DNA of 64,000 nt from Candidatus Babeliales bacterium (GTDB lineage: Bacteria > Babelota > Babeliae > Babelales > Vermiphilaceae): the NCBI GenBank assembly GCA_963743635.1, contig CAVUQO010000003.1, positions 704,001 through 768,000 on the forward strand, given 5' to 3'. Positions 1-10,254 of the stretch are shown one piece after another; position 1 is the first letter of the stretch, and every line of letters starts with the position of its first letter. Below the pieces are notes generated by a model. The model was not told the DNA's origin. It saw nothing but the letters and a program-made list of their open reading frames with translations, and made no database searches. Made by a program: the position numbers and the translations under genes.

Positions 1-26
1 ATTAATTGTTTTTTTAGTTGATTCAT
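1..26 (-). CDS. 5' end of another Cys-rich OMP-like paralog (runs off the window)
   Basis: Reverse strand reads AAGGAG-ttattctt-ATG AAT CAA CTA AAA AAA CAA TTA (MNQLKKQL), matching the start, RBS and leader of the 432..2513 gene. Confidence 0.85.
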
Positions 27-172
27 AAGAATAACTCCTTTTTATAAAGATATACGTTAAGGGAAATGGTTAACCGCATTAATGTTGGCGATATAATTTC
101 CACTTTTAAATCAATACAATCTCCTTTCCATTGGTTTGTCTTAGCCTCGTTTTAAATTTTTCACTCTCTACT

Positions 173-204
173 TTCTTACCAAGTAATGATTTTTTTTTCT
201 AGAG
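173..204 (-). promoter_or_regulatory. Conserved sigma70-like promoter of the paralog array (TAGAAA-17-TAAGAA, A9 tract)
   Basis: Same motif with a 17-nt spacer recurs at 2720-2751, 5098-5129, 9816-9847 and 12390-12421. Confidence 0.65.
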
Positions 205-344
205 TTTTTTTATTCTAGTTCGCTAAAAGCGATAAATAACAGATTGTTGGCGTGCTCGAAATGGAATAATTTTACACAGTTTGCCGAATGAGAGCGCCGG
301 ATCGTCGCTCATGTACCATCGAAGAGCCCCCGATTTTCACCCTC

Positions 345-380
345 AAAAAAAGGGCCTCCGGTTTTAATCGGAGGCCCTCT
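345..380 (-). terminator. Rho-independent terminator after 432..2513
   Basis: AGGGCCTCCG/CGGAGGCCCT stem plus T-run on the minus strand. Confidence 0.85.
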
Positions 381-431
381 TAGTACTTAGTTTGTTTGCT
401 GAGATATGTTAGTTACAACACATCCAGATTA

Positions 432-2513
432 TTAATTGTAAGATGTACCAACCTTAAACCAGATTCCCCACTGTGTGAGAGCAACGTTTGAGCAACATTG
501 TTGCAAGCGTTCACAGCTTGGAGTTGGTTCGTAATTGTAGGATGGTGTAAAGCAACCGGTATTGCAGCTGCTTGTACTACAACCAGTATTGCATGGATTG
601 CAAGTGCTCGTGCTGCAACTGTTGTTGTTACAACAATCCGGGCTACCATTTGAACCAAATTCAACTTCACCGCCTAAGCTAACATATGGAGTCCATTTGC
701 TGTCGCAGCAATCAGGCCATGCCCAATTAATGTTCGTGAAGAACTTATTGGAGATACCGCGAGTGCCGGTCATGTTGAAATCACTTTCAGTAATGAGCAC
801 AGTAGGGTTTGAAGTATATATGGTTGCCGCAGTGTTTGTAAATGTAGCAACAACAAGTGGGTGGCTGGCGCCGGTAGTCGTATAATCGAATGCAGCAACA
901 TTATTATCAACGCCTTGGTTGACCGTATTGCCTAAACTAGCAACGTTGTTTGAGCCACCATGGATAGTTGCGCCGCTATCAGTTGCAGCAAGTGGAACAG
1001 GAACACCAGGATTCACAGGATCTGTGGCAGGATTCAGACCATAATCAAAGCCGTATACATACGCAGTACCTTTAAGCGCCCATGTGCCCGGTATTACTGG
1101 ACAACAATCGGTGCTTATTTTGATGTGTTCGCAGCTTCTGCCCCAGAAGTTATACCCAACATCCCATTGGAATCCGCCTGAACGGTAAGCAAGGCTGATA
1201 GCCAAGTCGCCTTGAGCACCAATAGTTGAAGTGATTTCACGGCGAGTCAAGTTAGCAACTGGTGCGTATTCGTTTGCAAATTGCAAGAATGTAGGATCTA
1301 CACTTGGATTAAGAACTGGTTGAGGAAGAGGAACCGTTGGTGCTTGCGTAGCGAGTAAGTACTCTTCAGCAAAAGATTCCAATCGCTGTGCAATCATATA
1401 ACGGCTGCTGCTGCCTGCTGAACACAAGTCAAAGCAACGATCTTGGTTTGCACCAAAAAGATGGGTGACGTTTGCTTCAAAGTAGATGCCGAATGTTCTA
1501 TCTTCATCTTCACTCTTCCACCAAATATGATGGCCGGTGATTTGAGCACCAAGTTCCCAATGTTTACCGTTACCGATAATTGGTTCAAACAAGTATCTGC
1601 TGGTACCAACGCGGGTGCCGGTTGGAGCTGCTACGTAAACGCCAATGCCTAAATGGCAATCGCGATCTTCGCGTTCGCTAAAGAAGTTACGACCAAGGAT
1701 GAAACGTAATTCACCAAATCCATTGCGCGTAAATGCATTTGCATCGCAATCACAGCTATTGATCATTCTGCTGCAGCAGAGTGATTGCCATGTAATGTCA
1801 TTATCGAGATATGGATTATAGTCTGAATTGGTAATGTCTGGTGTGCATCCATTTGCCCAAGACAAGAAGTTGGTAGTGCCATTTCCCGCTGGAACTACTG
1901 TACCAGAGAAATAACCTGCTGGGTACAGTGCATTAATAGACGCTAGGTCTTGAGTTTGTGATGTTGAAGCCGGATAGCCGACACATTCAGTCGCATTCAA
2001 ATTCCAGTTGGTATGCACAAATGGCCCATGGATTCTGAAGTATAAACCATCAATCCATGCATCAAGACCTGCATAGATACTGAAATCTAAGAGGAAGTTG
2101 CTGATGCGAGGATTAAAGTTCACGGTGCTTTGGAAATCCATTGGTAAACCAAAGTTTTCCGCTAACCAATCAGTTGGTGCTCTATCAGGAACCAATGAAC
2201 CGCTGACTTTGAAACCAAGATCATTGTCACAGCCACTGCATATTAAATCATCACCAAAGAGGCATTTGGTAAGATGATTATCTCTGAAGGTGCGTGTGTA
2301 TGCAAACGTAAGATTGAAGCTTGTGTAGTATTGATCATCGGCAGCTTCACGATTTATGCCCCACACTGGATTGTTCCAGCCAACCATTGTACGGGCAGCA
2401 TCAAAACTTTGTGATCGGGCAACAATGTTTGTTGTTGTATTTGACGCAGCAACAAGGTGCGCTGCGTGTACTAATGCCACAAGGCACAGTAACTGTTTTT
2501 TTAGTTGATTCAT
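432..2513 (-). CDS. Cys-rich putative outer-membrane beta-barrel surface protein (paralog 1)
   Basis: 693 aa. Signal peptide; family motifs RSQS, WLAxxFGLPxDF, GNGKHWELG, WALKG; CxxxC repeats; C-terminus WGIWFKVGTSYN resembles a beta-signal. Confidence 0.8.
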   Translation of the reverse strand: MNQLKKQLLCLVALVHAAHLVAASNTTTNIVARSQSFDAARTMVGWNNPVWGINREAADDQYYTSFNLTFAYTRTFRDNHLTKCLFGDDLICSGCDNDLGFKVSGSLVPDRAPTDWLAENFGLPMDFQSTVNFNPRISNFLLDFSIYAGLDAWIDGLYFRIHGPFVHTNWNLNATECVGYPASTSQTQDLASINALYPAGYFSGTVVPAGNGTTNFLSWANGCTPDITNSDYNPYLDNDITWQSLCCSRMINSCDCDANAFTRNGFGELRFILGRNFFSEREDRDCHLGIGVYVAAPTGTRVGTSRYLFEPIIGNGKHWELGAQITGHHIWWKSEDEDRTFGIYFEANVTHLFGANQDRCFDLCSAGSSSRYMIAQRLESFAEEYLLATQAPTVPLPQPVLNPSVDPTFLQFANEYAPVANLTRREITSTIGAQGDLAISLAYRSGGFQWDVGYNFWGRSCEHIKISTDCCPVIPGTWALKGTAYVYGFDYGLNPATDPVNPGVPVPLAATDSGATIHGGSNNVASLGNTVNQGVDNNVAAFDYTTTGASHPLVVATFTNTAATIYTSNPTVLITESDFNMTGTRGISNKFFTNINWAWPDCCDSKWTPYVSLGGEVEFGSNGSPDCCNNNSCSTSTCNPCNTGCSTSSCNTGCFTPSYNYEPTPSCERLQQCCSNVALTQWGIWFKVGTSYN

Positions 2514-2889
2514 AAGAATAACTCCTTTTTATAAGAACATACGTTAAGGGAAATGGGTGACAGCAGTAAAATTGATGCGATAATTTCCACTTTTAAATCA
2601 ATACAATCTCCTTTCATTAGTTGATCTGCCTGTCTTCATTTCTCTTCGACATGACGCCGCGTCTTAACGCGTCTCGCGCGCAGACGGGTGGGCACTGTTT
2701 TATTTTTTCACTCTATACCTTCTTATCAAGTAATTAATTTTTTTTCCAGAGTTTTTTTATTCTAGTTTGCGAAAAGCCGTGTCTACGAGCTTGTTGACGT
2801 AAAAAAAATAGAGCATTTTGTCCCCATTTTTTCAATTTCATGGATGCTTGAAAATGGTCATAGAGCTTCGTATGGAATAATTTTGTTAA

Positions 2890-2924
2890 AAAAAGAGCCC
2901 CTCAATTTTGTCGAGGGGCTCTTG
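2890..2924 (-). terminator. Rho-independent terminator
   Basis: AAGAGCCCCTC/GAGGGGCTCTT stem with an adjacent A-run on the + strand. Confidence 0.85.
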
Positions 2925-2947
2925 CGTACTATCAAACGCTTTGTGCA

Positions 2948-5044
2948 TCAGTTATAAGATGTACCGATTTTAAACCATACACCCCATTGGGTGAGCGCAA
3001 CGTTGGTGCAGCATGGTTTGAGTGTGTCGCAGACATTTGCTGCAGGATTGGGTTGTAGTTATAGTTGCAAGGACTGCATACAGTTTCGCAGCTTGTGTTA
3101 CAACCGGTATTGCAACTTGTAGTGCAGCCAGTGTTGCAACTTGTGTTACAATCATTGTTGCAGCTTCCATTGCTTCCACCGCCAAATTCAACTTCAGCAC
3201 CGATACCAACATACGGAGTCCATTTGCTATCCTTCATATCAGGCCATGCATAATTGAAATGCATGAACAGCTTATTCGAGATACCACGAGTACCGAGTAA
3301 ATCGAAATCATTTTCCTGATGAGGACTGGTTCATTTGAGGTGTAGACTGGAGGTATGGTTGACGGGGTAGCAGGGTCTGGGTTTGGGAGTATGTCTAGCA
3401 GCAAGAAAATGAGGGGTTACTGCTTTTACGCTATTATCAGCATAAAAGTTGACGGGCCCCGTTGGATTTGGACCAGTATAAACCACATCATTTGCCATAT
3501 TAGAGCCTTGATGAATGTTTGCTTGGCTATCAGTAGCAGCGAGGCTCATTGCGAGGCTATTGTAGAGCGAGAGAGACTTGTAAATCCATACACGCGTTGA
3601 TCGCCCTTAAGTGCCCATTGGCCGAGCGCAGGATCGCAGCAATCATTATTTAAGCGCAATTCTTCGCAGCTTCTGCCCCAAAAGTTATAACCCAAATCGA
3701 ATTGGAAATTACCTGATTGGTATGCAAAGCTGATCGCTAAATCGCCTTGAGCGGCAATGGTAGAGATAACATTGTGCGGGTAATATTGGCAACCGGTGCA
3801 TACACGTTAGCAAATTCTAGACCGGCAGTATCAACACGTGTTGAAAGTGATGGATAACTATTGCGGTTAGTATCGAGTTGTTCTGCTAACATATAGCGGC
3901 TATTGTTTCCAGCTGAGCAAAGATCAAAGCAACGGATTTGGTTTGCACCAAAAAGATGCGTCACATTTGCTTCAAGATACATGCCAAGACTACTTGTTCA
4001 TCTTCTTCGTTTCTCCAGCCGATATAGTGCGCCGTTACTTGACCACCAAGTTCCCAGTGCTTACCGTTACCATACGATTGGCTCAAAAAGATAACGTCCT
4101 TTGCTATTGCAATCATCTTGGCTGCCAACGCGTGTGCCAGTCGGTGCACCAACGTAAAGGCCAAGGCCTGCATGGTAATCGCCTGCATCATCATTTACGA
4201 AATTATAACCGAGTATGAAGCGAAGTTCGCCAAAGCCATTGCGAGAAAGGCCTTGTCCATCGCATCCGCATTCAGGGCTGATCTTGCTGCAGCAAAGTGA
4301 TTGCCAGGTGATATCACCGAGTGGCGAGCAGGGGGTAGAGGTAAATTCATGAGTTCCTGCGAGGCAGTACTCTTCACCATACAAATCATAATCATTATTA
4401 ATTGTTGGCACTGCACCATTTGCATAGCTCAAGAAGCTTTGGTTAAGTTGCGATGCTGGCACTACGTTGCTTGAGAAATAGCCTTGGAAGTAACCCGTAG
4501 TTCCAGTCGTAATATTACATTCTTGTGCATTCAAATTCCACTGAGTATGCACGAATGGCCCATAGATCTTGAAGTACATGCCTTCATGCCATGAATCAAG
4601 CCCTGCATAGAAACTGAAATCTAAAATATAGTTGCTGATGCTTGGTTTAAATGAAACGGTACTTTGAAAGTCGCGCGGTAATCCGAAATAATCAGCCAAC
4701 CAATCATTTGCACCACGATTTGCTACTGCAGAACCACTGATATGGATTGATGAGCCTTCATCGCAGGTGCCGCATATGAGATCATCACCAAAGAGCGATC
4801 GTGCCAGGCGATTGTCTCTGAATGTGCGTGAATATTCAAACGTTATATTGAAACTGCCGTAATCATCGTCTTGCGGTTTACGGTTGATGCCCCAGAATGG
4901 ATTATCCCATCCGACAATCTGACGTGCTGCGTTAAAACTTTGTGATCGCGGGACGATCTTTGACGTGGTTGCAGTATTACCAGTGAGGTTCACTGCACTT
5001 ACTAATGCGGTAATGCATAGTAATTGTTTGTTTAGTTGCTTCAT
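2948..5044 (-). CDS. Cys-rich OMP-like paralog 2 (split by several frameshifts; sequencing error or pseudogene)
   Basis: Fragments 4067..5044, 3961..4194, 3737..3982, 3331..3549 and 2932..3264 together rebuild one paralog ending GTSYN*. Confidence 0.8.
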
Positions 5045-5166
5045 TCGAACAACTCCTAGAATTGAGGATGGATGATATGTTTTTTATTGACTACATCATC
5101 CTAGAACAAGTAAGTTTTTTTTTCTAGAGTTTTTTTTATTTTGTCTAAAATATGCGAGGAAATAGT

Positions 5167-5195
5167 AAAGCCCCCAACTTTCGTCGGGGGCTTTT
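5167..5195 (-). terminator. Rho-independent terminator
   Basis: AAAGCCCCC/GGGGGCTTT stem. Confidence 0.8.
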
Positions 5196-5219
5196 GCGTA
5201 CCATCAAACGCTTTGTGCA

Positions 5220-7320
5220 TTAATTATAAGAAGTACCGATCTTGAACCATACGCCCCATTGGGTGAGCGCAACGTTGGTGCAGCATGGTTTGAGTGTTGA
5301 GCAAACGTTTGCTGCAGGATTCGGGTTGTAATTATAGTTGCAAGGACTGCATACAGTTTCGCAGCTTGTGCTACAACCAGTATTGCAACTTGTGCTACAA
5401 TCATTATTGCAGCTTTCATTGCTTCCACCGCCAAATTCAACTTCAGCACCGATGCCAACATACGGAGTCCATTTGCTATCCTTCATATCAGGCCGTGCAT
5501 AATTGAAATGCATGAACAACTTATTTGAGATACCGCGTGTGCCGAGTAAATCAAAATCATTTTCACTGATTAGCACAGGTTGATTAGAGGTATAGATGGC
5601 TGGAGGAAAGACGTCCGAGTTTGTAGGGTTTGGGAGAATATATGTTGGATTATTTTTAAGTGATTGACTATTGTCTGCATAAAAGTTCACTGGCGCTGTA
5701 GGGTTTGTGCCGGTATAGGCAACATTATGCGCCATATTTGAACCAGTATGTATCGTTGCTTGACTGTCAGTTGCCGGAAGGCTCATGGCAAGAGCAGTAT
5801 CAACAAGAACTTTGTTGGTAAAACCATAGACGCGTTGATCGCCCTTAAGTGCCCATTGGCCGATCGCTGGTGCGCAGCAATCATTGTTCAAGCGCAACTG
5901 TTCGCAGCTTCTGCCCCAGAAGTTATAGCCAAGATCGAATTGGAAATTACCTGATTGGTATGCGAAGCTGAATCGCTAAATCGCCTTGTGCGCCAATGGT
6001 AGAGGTAACATTGTGGCGGGTGATATTTGCAACCGGTGCATACACATTGGCAAATTCTAATCCAAGAGAATCATAAAGCTGCCCACCGCCAGTGCCAAGC
6101 GTAGTATCATTTAATCCTGGATAGCTATTGCGGTTGTCATGCAGCTTTTCAGCTAACATATAGCGGCTATTATTACCTGCTGAGCAAAGATCAAAGCAAC
6201 GGATTTGGTGTGCACCAAAAAGATGCGTCACATTTGCTTCAAGATACATGCCGAAGCTTCTATCATCTTCTTCATTTCTCCAGCCGATATAATGCGCCGT
6301 TACTTGCCCACCAAGTTCCCAGTGTTTACCGTTACCTACGATTGGCTCAAAAAGATAGCGTCCACTGCTATTGCAATCATCTTGACTGCCAACGCGTGTG
6401 CCAGTCGGTGCACCAACGTAAAGGCCAAGGCCTGCATGGTAATCGCCTGCATCATCGTTTACGAAATTGTAACCGAGTACGAAGCGAAGTTCGCCAAAGC
6501 CATTACGAGAAAGGCCTTGTCCATCACAGCCGCATTCAGGACTAATTTTGCTGCAGCAGAGTGATTGCCAGGTGATATCACCAAGTGGTGAGCAAGTTCC
6601 GTTTTCAGTCCGCGGACCAAATGGGAAAGTTCCTGCGAGACAATACTCTTCACCATACAAATCATAATCATTGTTGATTTCAGGCACCGCGCCATTTGCA
6701 TAGCTCAAGAAGCTTTGGTTAAGTTGCGAAGCTGGCACCACGGCGCTTGAGAAATAGCCTTGGAAGTAACCAGTAGTTCCAGTCGTAATATTGCATTCTT
6801 GTGCATTCAAATTCCACTGAGTATGCACGAATGGTCCATAGATCTTGAAGTACATGCCTTCATGCCATGAATCAAGCCCTGCATAGAAACTGAAATCGAG
6901 AATGTAGTTACTAATACTTGGCTTAAATGAAACGGTACTTTGAAAGTCGCGCGGTAATCCGAAATAATCAGCTAACCAATCATTTGCACCACGATTTGCT
7001 ACTGCAGAACCGCTGATATGGATTGATGAGCCTTCATCGCAGGTGCCGCATATGAGATCATCGCCAAAGAGCGATCGTGCCAGACGATTGTCTCTGAATG
7101 TGCGTGAATATTCAAACGTTATATTGAAACTGCCGTAATCATCGTCTTGCGGTTTACGGTTGATGCCCCAGAACGGATTATCCCATCCGACAATCTGACG
7201 TGCTGCGTTAAAACTTTGTGATCGTGGGACGATTTTTGACGTGGTTGCAGTATTACCAGTGAGGTTCACTGCACTTACTAATGCGGTAATGCATAGTAAT
7301 TGTTTGTTTAGTTGCTTCAT
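5220..7320 (-). CDS. Cys-rich OMP-like paralog 3 (one frameshift near 5970)
   Basis: ORFs 5947..7350 + 5220..5897. Start MKQLNKQLL at 7320 after AAGGAG. Nearly identical to paralog 2. Confidence 0.85.
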
Positions 7321-7528
7321 CAGACAACTCCTTTTATTGATGGTTGACAATATGCTTTTGATAGTACGTGATGATCATATACAGGTTTCGAATTTTATTG
7401 CTACATTTTTTTTGAATTACTCAGTCTCGCTATGCTCTCTCCTCGGGCGAATTGGGAAATAATACTTTTTTGAAGAGCAATGCTCTTTATCTTTGCTTAG
7501 ATTCTGGCGAGGTTAAATATATATCAGT

Positions 7529-7563
7529 AAAAGAAACCTCCGACTTTCATCGGAGGTTTCTTA
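7529..7563 (-). terminator. Rho-independent terminator
   Basis: AAAGAAACCTCCGA/TCGGAGGTTTCTT stem. Confidence 0.85.
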
Positions 7564-7612
7564 GTACTTAGTTTTGCTTGCGTTTGCGTTCAATTATAGA
7601 GAACAAACACTA

Positions 7613-9670
7613 TTAATTATAAGATGTACCAATCTTAAACCATACGCCCCATTGGCTGAGTGCGATGTTTGAGCAGCAGGTGCTGATAACTGGGCATGGC
7701 GTTGTGTTGCATGCTGGTGCAGGTGTGCAGCTGGTTTCGCAGCCGGTATTGCAACCAGTGTTGCAACTGGTGCTGCAGCCATTATCGTATCCACAGCCAT
7801 TATTGCATTTTTTTCCGCCGCCACATTCTGCTTCAAAACCGATACCAACGTATGGAGTCCACTTGCTGTCTTTCACTTCTGGCCATGCATAGTTAAAGTG
7901 GGTAAAGACTTTGTTTGAGATACCGCGAGTACCTGCAAGATCAAAATCATTTTCTTGAATTAGCACTGGTTGTTCAGAAGTGTAGATACCAACTGTTCCG
8001 AGTGGGTATGTGGTGATAGTAGAAAGGGTACCAACGTGAGCAAGAGACAAGCTATTATCAGCATACAAGTTTTTTGGCTGAGTTGGTACTTGGCCAGCAT
8101 AGCTCACATTGTTTGCCAGATTTGAACCGGTGTGGATGTTTGCTTGGCTATCAGTTGCAGGTATGCTGATAGCGAGTGATGTTCCGTGTGCACCACCATT
8201 GGTAGCGAAACCATACACGCGTTGGTCACCTTTAAGTGCCCATTGACCTTGTATGCCTAAGCAGCAATTATCCTCAATGCGCAGTTTTTCGCAGCTGCGG
8301 CCCCAGAAGTTGTAACCAAGATCCCATTGGAAGTTACCCGATTGGTATGCAAAGCTGATCGCTAAATCACCTTGAGCACCAATTGATGAAACTACATTGC
8401 GGCGAGAGATATTTGCAACGGGTGCATATTCCTTTGCAAATTCTAGACCAAGGCTATCAATGGTTGCGGCGTGGGTTGGGAAAGTAGCCGCGTTAAGTCC
8501 TGGATAGCTATTGCGATTTGAATCAAGGCGTTCAGCTAACATGTAGCGGCTATTATTGCCCGCTGAGCAAAGATCTAAGCAGCGAATTTGGCACGCGTCG
8601 AAAAGATGCGTTACGTTCGCTTCAAGATACATTGTAAAGCTCTTGTCATTCGCATCATTTCTCCACCAGACTTGGTGAGCAGTTATTTGACCGCCAAATT
8701 CCCAGTGTTTACCGTTACCAACGATTGGTTGGAATAAGTAACGTCCTTCGCCATTGCAATCATCGCTACCAACGCGTGAACCGGTTGGTGCTGCCGCGTA
8801 TGCGCCAATACCAATATGGTAATCGCCTGCTTCATCATTTATGAAATTGTAGCCGAGTACGAAACGAAGTTCGCCAAAGCCATTGCGAGACATGCCTTGT
8901 CCTTCACAGCAAGATTCAGGGCTGATTTTGCTGCAGCAGAGTGATTGCCACGTGATATCACCAAGTGGTGAGCAGGCTGGGTGGAGTGTGTAACATGTAT
9001 CTTCACCATACAAATCATAATCATTGTTGATGTACGGCGTGCAACCATTTGCATAGCTCAAGAAGCTGCTGTTAAGCTGTGATGCAGGAACGGTGTTGCT
9101 TGAGAAATACCCTTGGAAGTAACCAGTAGTTCCTTGCGTGATTGGACATTCTTCAGCATTCAAATTCCATTTAGTGTGTACAAAAGGTCCGTAGATCTTG
9201 AAGTACATACCATCAACCCATGCATCGAGGCCAGCGTAGTAGCTGAAATCGAGAATGTAGTTAGTGATTGTAGGTTTGAATGAAACGGTACTTTGGAAAT
9301 CACGTGGAAGTCCAAAATAATCCGCTAACCAATCATTTTCTCCACGATTTGCTACTGCAGAACCGCTAATTTGGAGTGATGAACGATCATCGCATTCATT
9401 GCAATTTAAATCATCACCAAAGAGTGCGTATGCAATACGGTTAGCTCTGAATGTGCTTGAATATTCGAATGCGATATTAAAGCTTGAATAGAATTCACCT
9501 TCTGGTTTACGGTTAATACCCCACTCCATATTATCCCATCCGACGATTTGACGTGCAGCGTTAAAACTTTGCGATCGGGGAACAATATTAGTTACGGTTC
9601 GCTCACCAAAAAGGTGAGTTGCGCTTACTAAAGCAGTAAGGCACAATAATTGTTTTTTTAGTTGATTCAT
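7613..9670 (-). CDS. Cys-rich OMP-like paralog 4
   Basis: Intact ORF. Start MNQLKKQLL at 9670 inferred from the RBS and paralog alignment; same motifs. Confidence 0.85.
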   Translation of the reverse strand: MNQLKKQLLCLTALVSATHLFGERTVTNIVPRSQSFNAARQIVGWDNMEWGINRKPEGEFYSSFNIAFEYSSTFRANRIAYALFGDDLNCNECDDRSSLQISGSAVANRGENDWLADYFGLPRDFQSTVSFKPTITNYILDFSYYAGLDAWVDGMYFKIYGPFVHTKWNLNAEECPITQGTTGYFQGYFSSNTVPASQLNSSFLSYANGCTPYINNDYDLYGEDTCYTLHPACSPLGDITWQSLCCSKISPESCCEGQGMSRNGFGELRFVLGYNFINDEAGDYHIGIGAYAAAPTGSRVGSDDCNGEGRYLFQPIVGNGKHWEFGGQITAHQVWWRNDANDKSFTMYLEANVTHLFDACQIRCLDLCSAGNNSRYMLAERLDSNRNSYPGLNAATFPTHAATIDSLGLEFAKEYAPVANISRRNVVSSIGAQGDLAISFAYQSGNFQWDLGYNFWGRSCEKLRIEDNCCLGIQGQWALKGDQRVYGFATNGGAHGTSLAISIPATDSQANIHTGSNLANNVSYAGQVPTQPKNLYADNSLSLAHVGTLSTITTYPLGTVGIYTSEQPVLIQENDFDLAGTRGISNKVFTHFNYAWPEVKDSKWTPYVGIGFEAECGGGKKCNNGCGYDNGCSTSCNTGCNTGCETSCTPAPACNTTPCPVISTCCSNIALSQWGVWFKIGTSYN

Positions 9671-9958
9671 AAGAATAACTCCTTTTTGCAAGAACATATT
9701 TTCAGGGAAATGGACCCTCGCGTTATCGTGTGCGAGCAATTTCCACGGTTAAATGAATACAATCTCCTTTCTTTGGTTAATTTTGGTCATGATTAATTTT
9801 TGTTCACTGTATACCTTCTTAACAAGTTATGAATTTTTTTTCTAGAGTTTTGTAAAAGAATATTGATTGGGTCGTTCAATTGGATGAAATATTGAAATAT
9901 ATTTTTGCGTATGATAGAAGGCTGTGAGTGCCGTTGCACAGAACATAAAGAGCCCGCG

Positions 9959-10254
9959 CCCTTCGATACGCGCGTGCCATGCTACCTAAGGATGAGATGA
10001 ATATTATGATAACGCGAACTCGATCTAAGGAATTCACATTAAGTCATGCTTTTTATAATAGAAATAGCCATTGGAATATTAGCTTTCGCGTTAGGCAATC
10101 ATGCCTTTAAATGAAACTAATCCGCACTATAATTAAAGGGCCCCCGATTTTCATCGGAGGCTCTTTTTAGTACTTCGTTTTGGTTGCTTTCTTATAATTA
10201 ATTATAAGATGTAACCGCTCATCCCGAGTAGCGCGGGACGTGCGTACCGAGGGG
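9959..10254. repeat. Inverted pair of REP-like elements (9959-9997 and 10215-10254)
   Basis: CCCTTCGATACGCGCGTGCCATGCTACCTAAGGATGAG vs reverse complement CCCCTCGGTACGCACGTCCCGCGCTACTCGGGATGAG. Confidence 0.7.
10135..10168 (-). terminator. Rho-independent terminator
   Basis: AAAGGGCCCCCGA/TCGGAGGCTCTTT imperfect stem, same family as the other array terminators. Confidence 0.75.

Noticed and set aside
105..127. Conserved leader peptide after the upstream AAAGGAG
   Set aside because: TTG-ATT-TAA is present in two copies, but the start codon is absent in the other two leaders
2948..5970. Frameshifts in paralogs 2 and 3 as silent antigenic-variation cassettes
   Set aside because: Cannot be separated from the window-wide indel noise without reads
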